From Raillietiella orientalis (lineage: Eukaryota), in the NCBI GenBank assembly GCA_036172245.1, contig JAYWIR010000008.1, positions 1,240,001 to 1,304,000 of the forward strand: a DNA stretch of 64,000 nucleotides. The letters are read 5' to 3'. A model generated the notes under the pieces. The model saw only the letters and a program-made list of their open reading frames with translations. It was not told the DNA's origin and ran no database searches. Below are positions 51,604-62,502 of this stretch, one piece after another. The position numbers and the translations under genes were made by a program. The stretch's first letter is position 1, and each line of letters starts with the position of its first letter.

Positions 51604-51916
51604 GCAGATCTTCCACCGTGGACTCCCCGGGGCTGCAGCTGGTGACTTCTCAGCTGCATTGCAGTGATGGGTGGACGAAGTCACTGTTCACTGACTTGAC
51701 ACGCCCTCGGGTGGGTGAGGCGTCGCGAGGAAACTCTCCTCCATGAGGATTCCTGACTTTGCTTATCAACTAGCTCCCGTAAGGGAGCTCGCCAAAAATT
51801 CGTCTAAAGACTCATTTAGACGTCCCCGTCCACGGAATTCTTTAGTAAAAGGCGAAAGAATTGTGCGTTCGAATGGGGACCAGAGTTAAACTACTTCGGA
51901 GTGCTCCCTGCACGTC
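51604..51916 (-). mobile_element. 5' head of a U5-family LINE (element C head): 5' motif, U5 and presumptive ORF1 start, fused to cob
   Basis: Begins GACGTGCAGGGAGCACTCCGAAG, comparable to GACGTGTTTTTCCTGCACTCCGA at the 5' end of the LINE at 57449. The post-U5 sequence is homologous to element B, and ATGGAGGAG lies ~27 nt after U5. Confidence 0.8.
51772..51887 (-). ncRNA. U5: U5 snRNA-like sequence, full length (116 nt)
   Basis: AACUCUG-GUCCCCAUUC-GAACGCAC-AAUUCUUU-C-GCCUUUUAC-U-AAAGAAUU-CCGU-GGACGGGGAC-GUCUAAAU-GAGU-CUUUAGACG-AAUUUUUGG-CG-AGCUCCC-UUAC-GGGAGCU. It matches the metazoan U5 core UCUUUCGCCUUUUACUAAAGA..UCCGUGG, with a Sm site at 51792-51800. Confidence 0.95.
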
Positions 51917-53677
51917 AACAAGGAGTTTGCTTTGAATGTAGTTCTATGTTGGAGAGATAAGATTGAGTATTTTCTTGTTTGTGTAAAATTTGGTAATTAT
52001 TTGGATTGTTGCCATTCTTTTTTCATAAATTCTACAAAATGCTTTTTAATAAATCTTCGAATTTGTTTGTTTTTTTGGGTATGGATGCAAACTTTATTTA
52101 AAAGTTTGAACTCCTTTTTTTCCCTCTTGTGACTATTTTTTTAACTAATCACTCGAGTTGAGCATGCGATGGTTAGATGGCAGCGTTAAAGCTCATTTTC
52201 CCTCCGGAAGTGAGGAAATTGAATGGTTAGCGGGACTTCACCAGCTGCTATGAATTTTCTCTGGGGAATTTGAACGTACAAACAGAATTCTGGTGTTCCA
52301 AAACTCCCCAGTTATTGGACTGCAACCGTGGACCAATTTTGAATATTGCGCTTCGGTTTATCGAATCCGGCAGTAGGTCGGCTTATCTGTTTCCTGTGTG
52401 CGATGCAAATTACGAATTTCCGTCGAGCTCTACGGAGGTGCCATGCGCTGGTGGTGATCGTTCTTTCCCTGACAAACATTTTACGCCATCAATGGGCAAC
52501 CTTTAAGTCGCCATGTGCCGCACTGGGTTCCACGAAGGGTGTTGCGGATCACGGCTCTAGACACCTCGAACATCAGATTCTTACATTGAAAATCTAGATG
52601 GAGCATTTTTTGTCTACTTTTTGTTACGTTTTATAAATACTCTCTAATTCTACCGACCTAAACTTATTTATCTCAATGATGCTCTCAAAGGAAAAGGAAT
52701 AACAGACGTGAAATTTTTTTTCGCTGAAGAACAAGTGCATTCACAAAAGAATGAAACAAAAACTTATAGAAAGGTCAAAATATGTGCAAAACTTCAAACA
52801 AGTTATCGTGCCTTCGCATGTAACTGCAACAGATTCAGGGAAAATTAATTAGGTGTCTTTCCTGTTTACTTTCATGAAGAAAAATTCGTTCAATGAACCG
52901 GAGCTGAACTCCCGATGCTCGCTGCACAAATTTCTTTTCATTTTATTACCAGGGATTGTTATTCGAGGAGGACACTGTTTACACTCACTTGCAATACTGT
53001 GTTTGCAACACCAAAGAGGGAAAATTACTCGGAACACACACACGCATTTCAGCACACTTCTTGCACATGCTTTTGCCTTTCAGCTTCCCCTAAGGCCTAT
53101 GCAATTTGCAGGCTCTTTGAGAAAACAGGTGATTGTCCGCTAACGGAAAGCTATTCCCGATCCTAGTCTTCACCCTCCTTTCCCTCGCCCCCCTTTTTCC
53201 ATTTATTGCATTCTTCCTTCCTACTTCGGACCCTCCATGAAACCAACCCGCATGCCGCTGATCCCTACAGCCATACTTGCTGCCGGTTCCCTTGGCAACC
53301 CGGTTCTTCTATATAAATTTACTTGTCCAGCAAGCATCGACGAGACTGGGCAAGGTTACACGAGGGCGTGCTTCGATGGTTGACTGGGGCGGCCCTCGGC
53401 TTGCCTAGAGACCCTCTCCGAGGAGACGATGGGCTGCAAGCTGGGAACACTTCGCCGCCGCCTACGTTTTCACCCGGTCAAGCCGGGGTCTTTACTGAAA
53501 AACTTACAGAATTTGCGGTACAAGGCCCCGCTGCGGCCAATGGTTCTCTGGAGATGTCGGGTGGTCGGAGCGTGGACCGACTTGACACTCCACGGCAACG
53601 GATGGGGTTGGGGGAAAAACAAAAATAAAAAAAAACAAAAAGTACAAACACTTGTCAATTGGAGGGCCGGGAAGGGA

Positions 53678-55560
53678 TCACTGCCCGTTGCGTGGAGCTT
53701 CCATCCTTTGCAGGATGCCGACGAGGTCCTGGTACAGATTTCCCAGGTGGGGCCATCGGGATGCTATTCGCAGAAAGCGAGCAGCAAACTGCATGGCATC
53801 CCTTTCGTTAACATCCTCTGCTTCGTCGGATCCACTCCAAGCTGCCACAATACCGCGCACGCAGCAGAGAGCTGCTATTACAGCGGCTGGCTGCAGGGCG
53901 TCCCGCACGAAGAGGAGCCGAAAAACGTCTCTGGGAAGCCTACCTTCCAGGATCCCTAAGGTGGAACCGAAGCGTTCCCACAGGGGCCGGAGGGCAGCAC
54001 AGTCAACTAAAAGGTGCGGGAGGGTTTCCCGCTCCCCGCACCGGGCACAGTTTGCGTTCACACTTCCCCGTGTCCAGTGATGACGGCGTGCATTGCAGGG
54101 GAGTCCCCAGTGCAACAGCATCAGCGCCGAATCCTGCCATTTTAGGGGAAGGATCCTTGTTTCAGTTATTACTGGGGGCCACTTCAGGTCATCAGTCGTG
54201 ATGCCGAGCAGCTCGCCCCATTTTTTCAGTCCTTGCGGAAGGACGCTATGGGTTGTGGCGTCCGCCAGCTCTCCCATTGTCCAACCGCTCAACAATTTTT
54301 CTCCGCGGGCAGGCCGTCCTCCCCTGGTGCCTTCCGCCTCTTGAGCCCTTTAATCGCGGTAAAGATTTCACCGGTCGTAAAAGGCTCGTCGAGGCTTTCT
54401 TTCTCTTCCTCCCCTATGGCCGGGGCTCCTTCCGGGAGCAACAGTCGCGAGGCGTCCCGCCCGTGAGGCGCCCTGGCGTACAGGGAGGAATAAAATTTTC
54501 TCAGCATGTGTCGAATCGCTGACGGGGCCGAGTGTTCGCGGTCCTGGTCGTCCAGCAGGGTGGGCGGCCCGGACTGCCAAGCTTGGCGCTCAGCCCCGGC
54601 TCGGTACTCGGCCAGGCGACGGACGTTGGGGGTCCTCGCGTAACGACGGGCGTATAAATACTCCCTTTCGTTGCGAGTTCCTTCCCCAAACCCGGAGGGA
54701 AGGCGCCCCAGGGGAAACTCCTCACAGAACTCGCGGACCGAACGCTTGAAAACGTCCCAATCCTCGAGATTCCGGAGGGTGACGCCTCTCAGGAATTGGC
54801 GGAGATGATCCGCCGCACCTGGGAGCCTCGTCCAATCCCCCGGTAGACTCCACACCCTGGATGGGGGTCCTTTATCGCGTGGCCAGACATCGAACATCAG
54901 ACGGAAATGGTCGGACAGCGTCGACGGGAGCCTTCCTCGTATACCGACTCGAGTACACAGGTCGTGGTCGAGGAAAACGTGGTCGATGCTGTCCTCCATT
55001 TCCGGGTGTCCCTCCATCAAGTTGCGCGCGCGCATGGCGGAGCACAACTCGATCGGCACGTTCTTTTGCGTGCAGCACGCACCTGAGAGCAGGCGGAGGT
55101 TAAAGTCCCCGGCTATCAGGTGGGCCTTGCGCACTCCTGCATCTGTCAGCCAGTCGCGCTTCAGGTACCGGAAGAACTGAGTTCTTTCCGCGTACCCTTT
55201 GCTGCCGCTCGGAGCATACACGTTGGTAACGATGAGATCGATCGTGTCGGACCAGCATAGAATCATCTGTCCAACACGACCGTTGTCATCGAAGCGCACG
55301 TTCCTCACGGGGGCGTCGACGGCTGGCTTTAAAAAGAACGCGACACCGCAGGTGTTGCGGTAGCTGCATCGCCAATACAACCGACCTCCTGCGATCCTCT
55401 CGATCTCCTCGACGTCCCTCGCAGTGATCACGTGGATCTCCTGCAGAAGCGCCAGGTCGAATTCTCGCAGGGTGTCGGCTGTATCTCGCCTGTTGCCGTC
55501 GTCGCGCAGCCCGTTGACATTCCAACAGGCCACGCGGATCCGTCGGCGACAGGCGAGCCC
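53678..55560 (-). pseudogene. Element D ORF2: AP endonuclease, start of the RT region, then directly the zf-RVT-like C-terminus
   Basis: VACWNVNGL, LLQEIH, CGVAFF, NVYAP, AGDFN, IDHVF, LSDH and KAPGEDGLPAE, then a jump and frameshift at ~54295 to LLHWGLP...CARCGERETLPHLLVDC. No YADD/FADD core. Confidence 0.88.
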
Positions 55561-55565
55561 AGGGG

Positions 55566-57355
55566 TTATTCCTGGGAACGTGGCAGTGCGTCTCCCGCCA
55601 CCTTATCGGGGGGGACGGATGGAGGAGAGGGTGCATCGCGCACCGCTTCTCCCTCCTCCATAGAGGCCGATTCGGCTGCAGGCATCTTCGGGGGGAGTAG
55701 GCGGGTATCCTCTACCTGCACTTCCTCCTCCATGAGGTCCGATTCGTCGGCTGGGCCGGTCGGTGGAAGGGGGAGGTTGTCACCTACCTGCTCCCCCTCC
55801 TCCATTGGGGTTGACAGCTGCTCGGTCGCGAGGAGTGGAATATTCCCTCCCTCCGTTCCCACGCTGCCGGCTTCCCCCCCGGCTGCCGGTGCGTCCCCAT
55901 CCTCCTTCTTGGTCGGGATTCTTGGACTTGCGTCCCGTCTTCTTTGGAGGCGCCTCCGCGGAGGAGGACGCACTACCGGCATCCGGATCAGTATCACCTT
56001 CTTCAGGTGCCTTCACCGCGGCCGGCCTTCTCAAGGCTTTTCGCGCCGGGATCTCCTAGCCGACGAGTTCAGCCTCGAGCTCTTCCGCCGCCTGCTCGAA
56101 GGCGGCGTCCTCGATTACGGACAGCGCGTCGTAAGGCTCCTCCTCTGTTTTCAGAGAGGGGTCTTCTTCGGGGATCGCGGCTTCCACGCAAACGAGGCGG
56201 GGGATATCTCCCCCGGTGGTGACCTCTAAGGCCTTCACGCGCTCCAAAGTGACCGAGCTTTCGCGGAGTAGTGCGCGGCACTCTCTCCTATTCAGAGGTT
56301 TCGCCGCTGGTTCCGCTTTCGTGGCTTCGGTTTTCTTCGGTTTCTTTGGCTTCAACGTCCGCCAGCCTTCCTCATCAGCGCCGTCGGGAGTTTTCTCGAC
56401 CGGCGTTTGCTGCGAGGGTTCGGGGTCTGGCTTCTGGGTACGCCTTGCTGTAGCCTCCTTGGGCTTCGACGTTTTTTCCGCGCGTATCCCTTGAGCTTTT
56501 TTCATAGCGGGGCGAGCCAAAGTTACGCGCTCTGGGCGCACTTTCCGGAGGTGGCCCTTCTCTCCGCATGAGAAACACTGGATGTGGGGGCACCGTTTTT
56601 TCAGGTGCCCTGTCGCATGGCATTGTCCGCAGTACTTGGGTTTCCCCACGTACCAGACATCGACCTTTTCGTTGGCGACGTCTAGCTTGTGGGGTAACCC
56701 ACCGTTTTCATGCACGATTACACGCGCTGCGGCCATGCCACTAAACAGCCTTCCATAGGATTGTAAGACGTTGGGCTTGCTCCAGAGCTCATGAACCGTG
56801 CCGAACTTGCTGAGTTCCTCCTGCACGCCCTTCGTCGACATGCGGAGGGTAACTCCCGTGATGGTGCGCTACTACCGAGCGGTCCTCAGTTACAGGGAAG
56901 AGCTTTCTGCCTTCCAGCGTAATGGGGGTGTTCAGCAGGCGTTGAGCCAGGCTTGCATCCTTACAAGTCAACTCCACCCGCTGACCACCGCTTAACACTG
57001 AAAGACCTTCCAACTCTTCTTCTTTAACATTAAGCCACTGCAACTCCCTCTAGAAGTTGCGAGCGGTATTTCCAAGAAAGATATTGCCTACCTTATAGAT
57101 GAGGGACGGCTTGTACCCTTGTTCTTTATAGGCTGTTTGTTCGGCCATGGCAGCAGCGGATGGTGCTGCAGCCGCGGCGCTCCAAGTCCTCGTCGTTGGC
57201 GAGGATGGCTCCGAGGACACGGTTGCACCCTTTTTCAAGGGGACCGATGCCCTCGCCTCCGTGGGAGCGATCGCCCCCACCACCATGGGTTGGGGAGAGG
57301 AACTATTCTCTCCTACTCCAATCTCCATAGCGGTGTCCGCTGGCATTTCTGCCAT
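55566..57355 (-). pseudogene. Element D ORF1 (gag-like, two CCHC knuckles), disrupted
   Basis: TWSAAAA, LSKFGTV, VWYVGKPKYCGQCHATGHLKKRC and CFSCGEKGHLRKVR (last Cys is Arg), with an acidic/proline-rich tail. Stops at ~57050 and ~56056 plus frameshifts. Confidence 0.85.
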
Positions 57356-60300
57356 GGGACGCCGACGATGCGCCACACACTCTAACAAACGAAAGGAAAT
57401 AAAAAAGACTTCCCAGGCTGAAGCGGTCGGAGTGCAGGAAAAACACGTCCGTCACCCTTCGACGAGGAAGGTCCGCCGCCTACGAAGACCTCACCGTGGC
57501 ATTCTGCTCATTCCTGGGCGGTTAACTGTGGATTCGCGCCATTAACTACAGCGAAAGATCGTTCCTCGCTGTGTTCAAGGGAACCTATCCGCGTCGCTTC
57601 CTGGTGGCAGACTTTCCCTCTTTTTTTCGTCGGATTCGGAGAGGCAGCAAGGAACCTTCCTTCATGAGGAGTGGTCTCTCCTCGAGGCCCTTCTTGTCCT
57701 CACTAGCCTTGCTCACCGTGGCTTCCAGATGCAGGTGCAGCGACTTCTCCATCTCGGCCTCGTATTATCTCGGGAATGGTCTCCGTTTCTTTAATGCACT
57801 CTCCATGTTGCTTCCATTTTTCCCGGAAAGTGAAAATTTTGGCTAAAGTTGGCGGTAGAACAAATACCTGCGGTCACTCAGTGGCTGGAAATGGGAAGAG
57901 ATAAAGAATGTATGTAAGTGTCAGACTCTTGGCAACATGATGTCCAGTAATTTCTTTTGCTTTCCGAAGAATTTCAACGTCGTTCACAAATCGCAATCCC
58001 TCCAGGATTTGATTCGATGGGATCAAAGCGGACGAATTTCACTCCACTGTTTGATACTCTTCGCTTTGATAGGAAATCCATTTCCATCCTTCCAGGAAAT
58101 GCTGCTAGATTTGGGAAAGTGCTCTGTCTCCAAGTTTGGTGCCCCGATGGTGAACTAACGAATGACGAGGATGTTTGCCGCCCTGGGGAAGCACTGGGGA
58201 TTTTTGGAGAATCACTTGTGCAGCATCCACTCACCGAAAAAGCGATCCGCCCGAAACTTGCTGCGGAAAAGCCAACGGAACTGTGAAGTGACTTTCCCTC
58301 GCATTTTCCGATCTACGTGCATGCAAGAGCACTACTTGTTTCCACCCCTCCGTCGGGGTGGTCGAAATCCCCCGGAGACCGCAGCCGTTCGGCAAATTTG
58401 CCTGAGCTCTGCTTCCGCAACGAATCCCGCACTCCGCATTTCCGCTTCTTCCAAAACTTCCGCAGACTTAGGAAGGCGAGGCTGTTCATCTCACGTGCAC
58501 TCTGTGGCTGATTGGAAATTTTGATTAGTAACGTTTTCCTTGATTCGCATTTTTGCTCCTTGCTGGTGAAAGCCACGCGACAAGAACGTTGAAGAGGCAT
58601 ATTCTTGCAAGTACTTCTTAGGAGTTGCAGATCTTTCGTGTAATAGCTAGAGGCGGCGTACCTCTATGAGAAGAGAAAGGATGCCAAAATGGATGAAAGG
58701 TACACCGGATTAAGACTACAGGCTTTCTCAAAGACGCTCTCCGGCTTGTTGCTTGCTGTGCACATGCTTGGCGGTTGTGGTTGATGCAGAGCAGAGGAAG
58801 AGAAGAACATTGAAAATGGAGCTCAAGATAGACATGTGCCAACCGAGCGAGAAAAAGAAAAGAAGTTTTGGGGAGTTCAAGGAGTTTCAAAGAGTTCATA
58901 GTGCGTACAATTGAAGTCCAGGATATTGGAATGGAGTTCTTCTTCAGGTATTATCGTCACAGCATAAACCATCTTTAATTTACAAAGAAAAACTTTTGTG
59001 TTCCAATACCTTGCTTTTCGCAGAAAGACAAAAGTTGATCTGTTGTGGATTTCGAGGATGAACTTATGGCATCAGGTTAGTAAGCCAGAAGGGTTAAACC
59101 TGCAAATTGGAAAGGAAATACAGAGTTTGTAAATTTTGGGTATTTTGAAATTTGAGGTTAGAAAGATAGATGGTCCTCGTAATGATTACATTCACAATAA
59201 GAGGGCGATAATGAAGAAAACGAACAAATTCTATAAGTACACTGAACATTATGAAAATGTTAAGTAGACCAGTAATCAAATTTCACTGCTCCCTGGATAG
59301 TACAAATCCATCCTCTGCAATGTAGGGAAAAAAAATTACTCTTCTGGCAAAATTTCTCCAGCAAACAAATGCCAATCTTTCTATTTCACCGAACCACATG
59401 ATGAGCGTACAGTGGTACTGAGAAGTGACATAATTCAAGAATGTCACAAATGAGAGCGAACCTTCCTCAAAGTATTTATGGTCCTCCGTTTGAAAAAGAA
59501 CTCAGATAATTCATTGAAATATATTCGTGGTACTGGAATAATTTTTGCTTTCAAGTAAAATGAGCTTGAGCTTCTTTTCAAACATGAATGCATTATTACT
59601 ATTTTCCAGGAAGTATTCTATGCGATTGTAATCAAACAGGAATACTGTAACTGCGTTTATTCCACCCCAGAAATGCAAGTTTTTTACACATCATTTCCAC
59701 TTCATTTGTACATTTTTCGCTGGCAATCCTGAGTGATCGTAGTTGCTTTTGATGGCTCAAAGAGTTGAATTCTCAGAATTATGAAAACACAAAATAATAT
59801 GGATGGACGGATCCTGAAAATGCATAAAATACTGTCACTCTATTAAACTTCATTTCAAGTGGGTTTCACTTTCTGGCATTCGAGTGAACTCATTTACCAT
59901 TTTCTCTTTCTTCTTTTGCTTCAACTTTGATATGAACACACGAATCTCTTGGAAAAACTCCAAAACAAAAGACATTGCTTAACTCCTTTCCTCTTTGAAG
60001 AAAAAAACGAAAACAATAAAAACACAGAAAACAAAAGCAATCAGTAAAAAGATATGTTACCTTTGGATGTGTAATTGTTGCAGTTCGCATTTGAATTTAA
60101 ATCTATGGATTATCATTCTTTAATCTATCGATTTGCTACTAGATATTGAGATTTCTGTAATAAATACAGCAAGGGTCCTGAACTTTCATCACTTCTCGGC
60201 ATTATGTCATCCTCCAAATTTCATTCTATCATTTCAGCTTCATATTTTAAAATTCTGCATCACTTTCTCAGAGGATGGCAAAATATCTTTTTACATATTT

Positions 60301-62502
60301 CAAAATGAATTCTTCCAATGATTTACTAGTATTGAAAATTCAGTGAACCCAATGGAGAAACCTTATGTTTATCATTAAGACAATATATGAGTTCAAAATA
60401 CTTCTTCATAACGTATAACATGCATTGCAGATATTCCTCTAAACATGATCAGTGATTCTGACAGGGCATCTCTGTTTCGGATTACATGCCTAGTTTTTCA
60501 AGTTCTACCGATTTCATGTTAGTCCCTAGCTGTCAATATAGACAAGATACTGGAAATGAAACCTGTCACGAACCATGGAGTGAGAGTTAGCTGTCTCGTA
60601 CTGTGCAAACACGATACAGATTGGGAAAAGTGAAGGCAATCGTGTTTTTTGAAGACGATTTCTCCACTTACATCGATCCTGATGCGCTGATTGATGTCCT
60701 CTTAGAAAAGGGCGTAAACCTTAGCAAAAGAATATTGAAAGGCAGAGCACACCAAACAGAAATTGAATAAAAATTTGCTACAACTGGGATGGCAATCTTT
60801 ACTCTTGTAATATAATTTAAAAAGAAATCTCACAAAACCGTGCTGTTCAAAGATGAACCGAAACAGGAAGCAGGCACTTTAGTTTCACTCTCTGAAAAAC
60901 TGGAACTGACAGAAATGACTTGGTTATACAAGACGGTACACATGGAAAAAAGAAACCAAGAGACGATCACACCGACTCTCTTAAGTGATGCAGCAAGAGG
61001 ACACTGCTCAAGAAACAAAGCGGTGGAGCCTCAATCCAAGGAGAACTGGCTACTCAGTCCCTGGGATGAGGATGAGCTCAGATTGGCTATGAAATTCTCT
61101 ACAGTACGAAGACAACGAAGCCAGAAGATAAAGCTAGAATGGTGTCAAATGTGTTCTATATAAAAAACGCTAAAGGACGCCTATCACGTTGGGAATTATG
61201 TCCTGAGAGAATTTCTAAAGGAGAAGATGACTTGAAACATGAAATTTTTTTTTTTTTTTTTTAAAGTTGATTTTTCATAATATTCTTTTTGAACGGTATT
61301 GTATACATAAACTACATCACCACTAGAAGAACTGGGGAAAATTGGAAGAGACGCTGTTAGTTAGAATTTAATAAAAGACTATTGGCATTGGAGCACTTTG
61401 TTGAAAGGTCATCGGGATAAGCGTGAACTTTTATGTGTAAGATAGTCGTGATCATGGTTGTACGCTTTTTTTTTGAACTCGCTTTTTTTTTTTTCTGAAT
61501 GAAGTATAGAGGCAACCCTGTAGGTCATGCACGTGTTAATGGATTTGAGACCTTCAGTAAAAATGAGATTACATTCCTGAAAATGGTTTAAAGAAGCTTT
61601 GAAAGCAGTACCTTGGAAACGGTCCATAACGAAAATTGGAGTATTTCTGGTATCTTTTGCATTCATAAGGGATATCTAACTAGTACCAGCACAGGTCAGT
61701 TTGTAAGCATGCATGATTTCCAATGTAACGTCATTATGCGTTTTTGAAACCTATAGGCCAATTCGTTGTGCATACTTCGAAAAGCCCCTTAGTTAGTGTG
61801 ATCCAAAAAAGTATTCTAGAGTTGGTAAGTTATTACAAAATATAAAGCAGTCGTGGGAAGTATTCCATTTCTCGCCACATTGATCCAGTTCATGTTGGAC
61901 ATTAGTTATTTATGGTAGCATTTTGGTTGTCAGGAAATGATCGAAGAATAGAAAAATTTATGTTGCATCGCTTTGCCAAGAATATGTTGTTGGAAACTCC
62001 AACAAGAAGTCCGGGATAGCAGGGATGTTTGAAATTTATGTTAAATTTGTTTAATTTCATTTAACATAAACGTTTGTGTCAAGTAGCAGAGGTGTTCAGC
62101 ATTTGAAGGAGAATAATTCATATGATAATCAATTGTATGCTCATTCAGCAGGTGTTGTATTTAATGAACATGTAATTTAATGTTTCCATGTCTTATTGAA
62201 AGAAACATGGCCTTTTTTGAGAATACTTAGACTTTGCGCAAGTTGTTTGTTCATACCAATAACTAGTTATGTTTGGATTGTTTTTTGTTCAGTAATTTTG
62301 TATTGTAATTCCTCAGCAGATTGAATATCAGTCAAAGTAGGTATTAAGGAACTATTTGTTTAAACATTGCAGAGCACCAAGAAAAGTTTTGTTGCTATTT
62401 GATGGTTTTATAAAACCTAATTAAAAGAAACATTTGGTGACCCAATTGAAACATTTACTTGAACTCTTACAATAGTGAATTATTAGTTTTCAGAATGAAT
62501 GC

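Larger units (their letters stand above)
53179..57449 (-). mobile_element. L1/Tx1-clade non-LTR retrotransposon with both ends present and the RT core deleted (element D)
   Basis: Starts GACGTGTTTTTCCTGCACTCCGA, then ORF1 with zinc knuckles, ORF2 with APE and a C-terminal CCHC. The 3' UTR has AATAAA and ends GGGAAA. Tentative TSD CTTCACCCTCC (53168-53178) and CGTCACCCTTC (57450-57460), 9/11 identical. Confidence 0.9.

Noticed and set aside
51695..51765. HDV-like ribozyme after U5 (GUU-UCCUCGC-GAC resembles P3/L3)
   Set aside because: P1 has two mismatches, there is no GG for P1.1, and the motif is absent from the homologous region of element B.
53350..53362. Telomerase RNA template (UAACCU on the minus strand) in the structured segment
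   Set aside because: It is only a 6-nt match, with no recognisable telomerase pseudoknot or U/A triple-helix tracts.
57480..59100. Minus-strand coding-like fragments (MESALKKRRPFPR...)
   Set aside because: Short, interrupted by stops and without a recognisable motif.
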